In this document: in pieces, positions 48,491 through 57,480 of the stretch | Position numbering within the stretch: the first letter of the stretch is position 1 | Layout of the letters: each line of letters starts with the position of its first letter | Assembly: GCF_001194135.2 (NCBI RefSeq) | Contig: NC_068984.1 | Location: 132,701,446-132,758,925 of the forward strand | Length of the DNA: 57,480 nt | Origin: Octopus bimaculoides | Taxonomy: Eukaryota | Direction of reading: 5' to 3' | Program-made: the position numbers and the translations under genes | The notes under the pieces: generated by a model | Told to the model about the DNA's origin: nothing | Seen by the model: only the letters and a program-made list of their open reading frames with translations | Database searches by the model: none

Positions 48491-49839
48491 GTTTCAGTTT
48501 AAATTCAGCATGAATCAACTTTGCCAATTATCCACAGTGGAGTCAAAGTCCCTTCATTACCCAAACGCCTTCACAAAATTGTCTATGTACCAGAAGGGAA
48601 ATATATAATCATGACAGCATTCAATTAAGGTCTTATAGTTAGTCATTATCTTAATGGAGTTGAATTTCCTCGTATATTCCAATATTGATCAAAGCTAGTT
48701 TGGTGCAGCCATAATGAAGTATACCACCATTAACATTTTTTTTTTTTTTACATATAGCAATTAAAAGGTTCAATAAATGACAAAATTTATATTTATTGTC
48801 AGAACAAATGTTTTACTTCCCCAGCTGGAAATCCGATTTTTTAAGTGGAAGAAGAGGATTTAATTGTTGTTAAACTAGACAAAGCAAAAATATGTCTTTG
48901 GCATGGCAAAAAAGCAGGCTTTTAAATGCATCACCCTTGGTCAAGTAAGCAAATCTTTAATCCAGTCAAATTGTTCAAATGCTCCACATTCTTTTAATAG
49001 ATTTAATATCGAATTATTCTGTGTTAGTCAATTGTCTATAAGCCTATTAATTAGTGGTTCTTTAATTCTACTGTTATAGTTTTTAAGTGAATTTACTGTA
49101 AAACTCTTAGAATGTTGGTTTTCTTTCAGTAGGCAGAAAGTCATTTATGTAAAGAAGAGGAAAAGATTGTCTCACTCTGTCATAGTCTAGTAATGGCACT
49201 TATTTTCATCACCCTAGGAAGGTTATAAAGTATAGCTGAGCCTGGACAAATTTAATCCCCCAAATTTTAATAACTGAACCAGAGTGACAAATCTAGCTAA
49301 GCATCCAACATTCCCCATTTGTACTCTATTTTGTAAATAACATTCCATACAAGAGCTGGTATATGATGTTTAATACTGTATTAATGATATGATAGTTTCA
49401 AATTATGTATTATGTTCTATGGCTGAGTTCATATTTCAGTTAAAAGTAGAAACACAATGATAAAAGTTGTGATAAGTTGGTTGTTTAATAGTGAGCGATT
49501 TCTAATACAATGTTCAATGATTATAAATGATGTGTCATTGTTTATTTTCAAGGATCTAAAGTAATATTTGGTTGGATGATACCTATAGTCTCAGCTAGTC
49601 ATGCTTGGGAATTCAACTGGAAAGTCCAATAATGATGGAGAAGGTGCCTGAGGATTCTATCACTATGACTCTCCCAGAAATAACTGGCAGAGAAAATGGA
49701 TGGCTGGATAAAGTAACAATGGCACAAGACAACAAATTTTAGGGAGATATGGATCTGTTAAACCAACCCTAGTATTTATTTTATTGACCCTGGAAGGTAG
49801 TTAACCTCAGAACAGAGAGACAAATAATAATAGTGTCAA

Positions 49840-50043
49840 ATTTTGGCACAAGGCCAGCAATTTTGGGGAAGGGGCTAAGTCAATTACATCAACCCCAGTG
49901 TGCAACTGGTACTTATTTTATCAACCCCAAGAGGATGAAAGGCAAAGTCGACCTCGGTGGAATTTGAACTCAGAACATAAAGATGGGCGAAATGTTGTTA
50001 AGCATTTTGTCCTGTATGCTAACAATTCTGCCAGCTCACTACC

Positions 50044-50083
<40 letters not shown>

Positions 50084-50225
50084 TAATAATAATAATAATA
50101 ATAATAGTGGATTCAAAATTTTGATTTTGGGGAGGGGGTAAGTTGACTACATTGACTGCAGAGCTTAAATGGTACATATTTCAGTGACCCCAAAAAATGA
50201 ATGGCGAAGTCGATCTCAGGGAATT
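49840..50225 (-). mobile_element. Two SINE family N copies separated by (TAA)n
   Basis: Core GGATGAAAGGCAAAGTCGACCTCGG; (AAT)n at 50046-50106. Confidence 0.8.
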
Positions 50226-50387
50226 TAATGATAATATTGATAAAAACTTCACATTTCACACGATGAAATGCATAAAATAATTTTGAAGATGAAGCAAATT
50301 AAAGTTTAAAATAAAACACTTGCATAAAATCAACAGGAGGATTTCCTTAAAAGATTTGAAAAAAAAAAACAAAAAAAAAAAACTCAC

Positions 50388-50443
50388 CTCATCACAACCA
50401 TCAGCAAGCATTGCTCTAATGGCTTTTAGAACTAAATTGGAGC
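50388..50443 (-). CDS. NAA30: NAA30 penultimate coding exon (GSNLVLKAIRAMLADGCDE)
   Basis: TTTTGCAG|GC TCC...GAG|GTGAGT; 56 nt, phase 1 to 0. Confidence 0.95.
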
Positions 50444-50594
50444 CTGCAAAACATAATAAAAATAAGTGAAAGTTAATATTAGGAAAATGCACAAAATTAA
50501 ATACAATTAGAAAATAAGGATCTTATTACAAGAATTACTCTAGGGAAATATGTAACAAATTGTTACAGAAAATTTGTTGTTCATTTAGAAACAC

Positions 50595-51252
50595 CATCAT
50601 CATCGTTTAACGTCCACTTTCCATGCTAGCATGGGTTGGACGATTTGACTGAGAACTGGTGAACAGGATGGCTGCACCAGGCTCCAATCAGATCTGGCAG
50701 AGTTTCTACAGCTGGATGCCCTTCCTAACGCCAACCACTCCGAGAATGTAGTGGGTACTTTTATGTGCCACCAGCACGAGGGCCAGTCAGGTGGTACTGG
50801 CAACGGCCACGCTCAAAATGGCGTATTTTACGTGTCACCTGCACAGGAACCAGTCCAGTGGCACTGGTAATGACTTCACTCGAATGTTTTCTAACGTGCC
50901 CCTGGCACAAGTGCCAGTAAGGCGATGCTGGTAACGATCCCACTCAAAATGGTGCTATTTACATGCCACTGGCAGGGAAGCCAGACAGCTGCTCTGGCAA
51001 TGATCACGCTCAGTTGGTGCTGTTAGTGCTCCACTGGCACAGGTGCCAGTCATCGAATATGGTTCAATTATGATTTCGATTTCACTTGCCCCAACAGGTC
51101 TTTGTAAGCAGAGTTTAGTGTTCAATGAAGTAAAGATATGAATAAGTGAGCTGGCTACACTTCTGGCAGAGGCCACGGATTATGGTCTCACTTGGCTTGC
51201 CGGGTCTTCTCACGCACTGCATATTTCCAAAGGTCCCAGTCACTAGTCATTG
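50595..51252 (-). mobile_element. RTE 3' UTR copy with several internal modules
   Basis: (GAT)n tail at 50595; extends to AGACCCGGCAAGCCAAGTGAGACC (end of ORF2). Confidence 0.9.
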
Positions 51253-51454
51253 TCTCACAACAATATACAGTCAACAAACTGACTATATTGCTTATTTCAA
51301 GGAAGAGCAGCAACAAGGAGACTTAGCTTTACTTTTAGAACTAAGAAGTATTTCGGTTTCAAGTAGTTGCTAGCTTCTAACAGGGTCCAAATATACTCAA
51401 CAATGAAATACTGTTCCCACATTTGGAACACCTTATCCTTGTTCACTACACCTC

Positions 51455-52015
51455 ACCAATGCTGGTGCCATGTAAAGAGCACCCAGTTCACTCTGTAAAG
51501 TGGTTGGCATTAGGAAAGGCATCCAGCCATGAAACATGCCAAAACAGACAGTAGTAGTATTGTGTAGTCCTCTGGCTGACCAGCTCCTGTTGAACTGTCC
51601 AACTCGTACCAGCATAGTTGTTGGCACTCCATCGCTTACGATGTCGAGGGTTCCAGTTAATCCGATCAACGGAACAGCCTGCTCGTGAAATTAACGTGCA
51701 AGTGGCTGAGCACTCCACAGGCACGTGTACCCTTAACGTAGTTCTCGGATATTCAGCGTAACACAGTGTGACAAGGCTGACCCTTTGAAATACAGGCACA
51801 ACAGAAACAGGAAGTAAGAGTGAAAGAAAGTTGTGGTGAAAGAGTACAGCAGGGTTCGCCACCATCACCTGCCGGAGCCTCGTGGAGCTTTAGGTGTTTT
51901 CGCTCAATAAACACTCACAACGCCCAGTCTGAGAATCGAAACCGTGATCCTATGACTGTGAGTCCGCTGCCCTAACCACACCAGCATAGAAAACTGACGT
52001 TAAATGACAAGGATG
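51455..52015 (+). mobile_element. Diverged RTE-tail repeat interrupted by a SINE insertion
   Basis: Tail sequence breaks at ACCAGCATAG (51608-51617) and resumes at 51980-51989 with AAAACTGACGTTAAATGAC. Confidence 0.75.
51618..51979 (-). mobile_element. tRNA-derived SINE, family E, with 10-bp TSD
   Basis: Minus head GTGGTTAGGGCAGCGG (A box), GGTTTCGATTC (B box), (CAA) tail; TSD ACCAGCATAG. Confidence 0.9.
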
Positions 52016-52408
52016 AGGAAGAAAGCCATTTGCTTGTTGATAAGGCCTCTCTTATTAAAAATCCTTAATCTTCGGCCCATCATCATGCTCTTTTACTGAT
52101 CCTTCTATCGCTTCAAGAACAGTTTACTGTTCAGATTTCACTCGTTGCACTATTCTGTAGCCTACTTACTACTCATACAGTGTTTTTCTCACTAATCTCT
52201 ACCAAACACATAAATCCTTTACTTTCAGTATGGCTACTCAATAGAACTTACTTTCCCTGTATGCCTTTCTCTAACAGCTTGACATTCACCAAATATATTC
52301 ACAACATGAATTTATCCTTTCTAATCATAGTGATCTTTTCCCCAGATGTTATGAGCAATATTCCAGTCTACTTTCAACAAAATTTTAGTACAGTTTGTCT
52401 ATACTTAC

Positions 52409-52532
52409 CAATTTTCCGCCGTCTATACTCAGCATCAACAGCAAGCATAGCTATATATCCTCTTCTTATAACTCCTTGGTGGATGTCCAATTTGCAAACT
52501 ATGGCACCAACACATTTACTGCCATCCATACA
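52409..52532 (-). CDS. NAA30: NAA30 internal exon ([42 protein letters not shown])
   Basis: TCTCTTACAG|TGT...ATT G|GTAAGT; GNAT motif A with acetyl-CoA loop RRRKIG; upstream exons not found in the window. Confidence 0.96.
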
Positions 52533-52689
52533 CTGTAAGAGATAAAAAAAAAAAAATGTGAGTTTCTTTGACAAAAGCCTCATTAAATTAGGAAAATACA
52601 ACAAACAATTTAAATGAGAACATTGATAAATGGTGACCAAACATTCCTTAAGTTGAAGTGACCCCATCACTTATTTTTTTATAAAGCCT

Positions 52690-52975
52690 GGTACTTATTT
52701 TATTGGTCTCTTTTGCTGAACTGCTATGTTACGGGGATGTAAACACACCAACACCAGTTGTCAATTGATGGTGGGGGACAAATACATACACAAAGACACA
52801 CAAACACACATATATACAATATGTTTCTTTCAGTTTCCATCTACTAAAGCCACTCACAAGACTTTGGTCAGTCCAAGGCTATAGAAGATGACACTCACCC
52901 AAAGTACCATGCAGTGGGACTGAACCCGGAACCGTGTGGTTGGGAGGCAAACTTCTTACCACACAACCATGCCTA
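52690..52975 (-). mobile_element. SINE family B
   Basis: GGTACTTATTTTATTGGTCTCTTTTGCTGAAC...GGGACTGAACCCGGAACC..CTTACCACAC. Confidence 0.85.
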
Positions 52976-53251
52976 TGATAATCATCATATGCATGGTGAA
53001 CAGCGAGAATCAAAATAATGACTTGCACATTTATTCTTAATTCAGGCAGATTCAAATGTGAATAAGCTAATTGCTGTTGTGTTTTGTCACAAGTGAACAA
53101 CAACTTTATGACGAATATGTGCTCAGAACGCATTTGATTCATACATGTACTAATGAACTGAATGTGTTAACACAGTAGCAATTAGCATTTGTCCAAATCT
53201 GCCAGAAAATGTATTAGGAGTAAATATGCAAGTCACCATTTGTGTGTGTGC

Positions 53252-53332
<81 letters not shown>

Positions 53333-53392
53333 ATAATACCTTACTTAGGCTTCTTACTACACAACCACGCCTGCACCTATAAATATTATATT

Positions 53393-53795
53393 GCCAGAGC
53401 AGTTGTCTGGCTTCCGTGCTAGTGGCCCGTAAATAGCACCATTAGAGCATAATCGTTACCAGAGTTGCCTTCTAGCACTTGTGCTGGTGGCATGTTAGAA
53501 AATCATTCGAGCGAGATCGTTGCCAGTGCCACTGGACTGGCTCCCGTGCAGGTGGTACGTAAAAAACACCATTTTGAGCATGGCCGTTGCCAGTACCGTG
53601 TGACTGGCCTTCGTGCCGGTGGCATTTAAAAGCACCCACCACACTCTCTGAGTGGTTGGCGTTAGGAAGGGCATCCAGCTGTAGAAACTCTGCCAGATCA
53701 GATTGGAGCCTGGTGCAGCCATCTGGCTTGCCAGTCCTCAGTCAAATCGTCCAACCCATGCTAGCATAGAAAGCGGACGTTAAATGATGATGATA
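53393..53795 (+). mobile_element. RTE 3' UTR copy
   Basis: Ends CATGCTAGCATAGAAAGCGGACGTTAAATGATGATGAT. Confidence 0.9.
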
Positions 53796-53989
53796 TGATG
53801 AAGACACCATAGAGTATATGAATGAATTCATTATATATATAAAAATACATTTCTAACCTTGTTGTAAAGAGAGAAGAAACAGGCATAACATCTGAAGGTT
53901 TATAGTTTCAATTTAGTTACAGCTCATTAGCTTTAATGTAATCAGAACCACAAGTTATCTCAATCAACAGTTTATCGCTCTATATATAC

Positions 53990-54215
53990 AGTAGGTCCCA
54001 CGCATCCATGCTGGTAGCATGCTAAAAGGCACTTGTGCTGTTAGCATGTTAAAAGCACCCATGCTGGTGCCATGTAACAAGCACCTGTGTTGGTGCCATA
54101 TAAAAGATACTTGTGCTGGTGCCACATGAACAGCACCCAGTACACTCTGTAAAGTGGTTGGCATTAGGAAGGGCATCCAGCCATAGAAACCATACCAAAA
54201 CAGACAATGTTTCTC
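53990..54215 (+). mobile_element. Diverged RTE-tail repeat with short tandem modules
   Basis: Repeated GTGCTG.TG.CA..T.AAA.GCAC units, then TAGGAAGGGCATCCAGCC.TAGAAAC. Confidence 0.7.
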
Positions 54216-54445
54216 TATATGAGTAGAGAAGCAATTATAGTGGATACTTGCTACCACTAAGGTACAGATACATAGAAATCCCAGATCTAGCAATTCCACT
54301 ACTGTAAATGGACGTTTTTTCCCCCACTACTGATACTTCTGTGCATTTTAGCCTAATACGTCAATATAAAATGCTTTCTCAAGAATACCATCATGCTGTG
54401 GCTTTCTCATAGTATAGCCATGTTAAATCAGATATACAGATTAAG

Positions 54446-54781
54446 ATATATATATGTCAGTGCTGCCTGGCTGGCACCTGTGCCGGTGGCAAGTAAAAAG
54501 CACCGTTTGAGCGTGGCTGATGCCAGTGCTGCCTGACTGGTACCTGTGCTGGTGGCGTGTAAAAAGCACCATTTGAGCATGGCTGATGTCAGTGCCACCT
54601 GGCTGGCACCTGTGCCAGTGGCATGTAAAAAGCATTCACCACACTCTCAGAGTAGTTGGCATCCAGCTATAGAAACCTTGCTAAATCAGATTGGGGCCTG
54701 GTGCAGCTCCCAGCTTACCAGTTATCAGTCAAACAGACCAACCCATGCCAGCATGGAAAATGGACGTTAAATGACGATGAT
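54446..54781 (+). mobile_element. RTE 3' UTR with three tandem modules of about 65 bp
   Basis: CAGTGCTGCCTG.CTGG.ACCTGTGC.GGTGGC..GTAAAAAGCACC.TTTGAGC.TGGCTGATG x3; tail GACGATGAT(AT)n. Confidence 0.85.
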
Positions 54782-54852
54782 ATATATATATGTTCATTTT
54801 TAGCAACAGAAGCAGTATTATATAAAAATAGTATTCTGTACATCTTGCTTAA

Positions 54853-55076
54853 CTCTTTAGCATTTAAGTTGGCCATATTTGGCCCAAATATTCTGCATGT
54901 TTTATGTTAAAACTAACTAAACCCAACCACCCTTACCAACCATATAATGTCATTCTAAAAATATACAAACACACCATTGAAATCTTACGCTACGCTACAA
55001 GATTAAATGTGATTAATTCAAAGCAGTATGAATAAATAAGCATTACATTTGACAAAGACATCTGAATGTTAAAGGG
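54853..55076. mobile_element. TTAA-flanked MITE, family 2 (inverted relative to 26658)
   Basis: TTAA-CTCTTTAGCATT ... AATGTTAAAGGG-TTAA. Confidence 0.7.
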
Positions 55077-55419
55077 TTAACGTAGATAAATTGTAGAAAT
55101 CCATACTACTGCTGTTTTCTTCTCGAGAAAGCATCATGTATAGATGTACAGTGCTAAAAAGCACAGAAGAATATCAGTAGCACACGAGAAGCATCCAGCA
55201 GTAGAATTTCTACATATTTGCATGTCATCAACAGCAAGCATCCATTAGCAACCATATGCTTAGACAAATTTAAGTTCTATTGACATAGAAAAACAGTGAG
55301 TAATAAATCATTAGTGTTGTAAATAGCCAGCAGGCTTGCTAAAACTTACGTGACAGAAACATTTTATTATATCAAAATAGCATTCTGTATACTACAGTTG
55401 TATGGCTTCCAACAGCCTT

Positions 55420-55585
55420 TCTACATTAAGGAAGATATACAGAATGCTATTCGCAAGCCCTCGCCTGTCACCAATTCAGGAGATATTTCCCCATGGCCAG
55501 ATATGTTTTTCCTAGAAGACGAGAAACAAACAACCTTGCTTGCATGTTCATTTTCAACCATTATGTGATGTCTAGACAAGGGTAC
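55420..55585 (-). mobile_element. SINE-like family D
   Basis: ATATTTCCCCATGGCCAGATATGTTTT...GATGTCTAGACAAGG. Confidence 0.65.
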
Positions 55586-56267
55586 ATACAAACAGCATAA
55601 GGCTTTGATTGGCCTAGGGTTGACTAATCCATGCGAGCATGGAAAAATGGATGTTGAGTGATGACGATGATGATATCACATAATATATCAAAATGAACAG
55701 AAAAACTGAAAAGCACAAGTGTGCATTTCATTTGGATACCCCGACAAGGAGAACTCAGCAATAACATGTTGATACTGCTTGTCCTTGGCAGAAAAGAGCC
55801 ATCCAACATTTTATCAATGAGTTCTCACTAATGTATGTGGCCGTGTATAGTACCATCTAAATATTTTGTCACTACAACCTTCACATGTTAATTTCGATTG
55901 GATTCAAAAGATAAACTCAAGAGCTACAAACTACAATGAAAATAATATCAATACAACAAATAAATTTTCCCTTTACCACATGCTTTTCAACTAAACATAT
56001 AATAACATTAGATGAAATGTCAGGAATTCTAACTATAAATCTATTGTTATGCTTTTAAAAAAAAATTAATCTGAGAAACAGGGGCACTGTCCAAAACCTT
56101 TTCAGGCTTTGACTGGCTGAGAGATAGTGACAGCTGGGGAAGTTTAATACATTGAATGCCACATTCAACATGGAATGTAACTTCTTGTATTGTAGTCTTT
56201 ATCTCTTTCTTACACATATATACATACATATTCACACATATATTACAATATACGACACACACACACA

Positions 56268-56484
56268 CAGTAATCCCTTGACTACCGCATGTGTTACGTT
56301 CCAAAATACCCCACGATAGGTGAAAATATGCGAAGTAGAAACTACTGTATATTGTTTTATTATCATTTTTATAAATTGTATATATTTATTTTATTATCAA
56401 CGCAAAACAACACCACAGAGGAATCAACGTAAGCTTAAGTAATAAACTGCGATAGGTGAACCATGATATGGCAAGGGATTACTG
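56268..56484. mobile_element. pogo/Tigger-like MITE
   Basis: 13-bp perfect TIR CAGTAATCCCTTG at both ends; TA TSD not cleanly preserved. Confidence 0.75.
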
Positions 56485-56489
56485 ATATA

Positions 56490-56865
56490 GTTGTTGTTGG
56501 CACTCAGTCGCTTACGACGTCGAGGGTTCCAGTTGATCCGATCAATGGAACAGCCTGCTCGTGAAATTAACGTGCAAGTGGCTGAGCACTCCACACACAC
56601 GTGTACCCTTAATGTAGTTCTCGGGGGATATTCAGTGTGACATGGTGTGACAAGGTTGACCCTTTGAATTACAGGTACAACAGAAACAGGAAGTAAGAGT
56701 GAGAGAAAGTTGTGGTGAAAGAGTACAGCAGGGTTCGCCACCATCCCCTGCTGGAGCCTCGTGGAGCTTTTAGGTGTTTTCGCTCAATAAACATTCATAA
56801 CGTCCGGTCTGGGAATTGAAACCGTGATCCTATGACCGCGAGTCCGCTGCCCTAACCACTGGTCC
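56490..56865 (-). mobile_element. tRNA-derived SINE, family E
   Basis: Highly similar to 51618-51979; (CAA)n tail and CAGTGGTTAGGGCAGCGG head. Confidence 0.9.
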
Positions 56866-57167
56866 ATTGTATATACATATATACAGTGGAAATGCAGTTT
56901 ATGATTTTGCGTCATTCCTGAAGGCCATTCATTACCCGAAATGTTTGTAAAGCTAAACTATTTTTCTCATAGGAAATTCAAGAGAAAGGATGTGCACTGT
57001 GTGAAAGTTAGACAGTAACTGACACTCCCAGCCTGTTGCCAACCACTGATGCCAGCTTGCATGTTCATTACTTGAAACACCAGTTGTCACTTGACACATT
57101 TTATGTTTGAAAAACTGTTTGTAAACCGATTTATTCACGAATCAAGGTTCCAGTGTAATATATATCA

Positions 57168-57352
57168 TACCAGTGACACGTTAAAGGCACCCGGTACACT
57201 CTGTAGAATGGTTGGCATTATGAAGGGCATGTAGCTGTAGAAATCAAACCAAAACAGACTGGAGCCTGGTGCAGCTCTCCATCTTGCTAGTTTCAGTCAA
57301 ACCGTCTGACCCATGCCAGCATGGAAAATGGATGCTAAATGATGATGATATA
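57168..57352 (+). mobile_element. Diverged RTE 3' end
   Basis: CCCATGCCAGCATGGAAAATGGATGCTAAATGATGATGAT(AT)n. Confidence 0.8.
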
Positions 57353-57480
57353 TATAAAAAATGAAAGGAAGAGAAAGAAAATGGAATTCACGAAATTTTT
57401 TATTAATCACTACGATTGTTTCAACACATCATGCATTAGTGCCTCACGAGTGAGATGCTGTACTCAAATTGAAAACTATT

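Noticed and set aside
52533-57480. Upstream NAA30 exon (expected ..DLSEPYSIYTYRYF.. motif)
   Set aside because: Not found on the minus strand; presumably beyond the window.
1-57480. CRISPR arrays, rRNA, true tRNA genes or prokaryotic operons
   Set aside because: None seen; tRNA-like boxes occur only as SINE heads and the repeats are eukaryotic TEs and microsatellites.

Overview
AT-rich, repeat-dense eukaryotic scaffold with several N gaps. The repeat families look like those I recall from Octopus/coleoid cephalopods (inference, not verified). Three protein-coding genes were reconstructed by hand from GT-AG splice sites; almost none of the supplied ORFs are real. (1) + strand, about 2.7-28 kb: an HMGA-like AT-hook gene. 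Eight short coding exons, all phase 0, encode 121 aa with five AT-hooks, each hook on its own exon. The stop codon sits directly on a splice donor, and the next exon carries an in-frame alternative Ser/Pro-rich C-terminus. (2) + strand, 35085-38182: complete MRPL11 (4 exons, 203 aa), with a partial duplicate of its 3' end at 41509-41699. (3) - strand, 52532-44911: the last three coding exons of NAA30/Mak3, convergent with MRPL11; the upstream exons lie outside the window. The rest is transposon-derived: many RTE-LINE 3' ends with (GAT)n tails, several SINE families, a hAT with a perfect 8-bp TSD, mariner and maT/Tc1 fossils, a Helitron RepHel fossil, non-autonomous Helitrons, TTAA MITEs, a pogo-like MITE, and a 205-bp fold-back element with a 9-bp TSD and inverted telomeric repeats inside MRPL11 intron 1. 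Exon and TSD/TIR coordinates were counted by hand; boundaries of degenerate repeats are approximate. No database searches were run.
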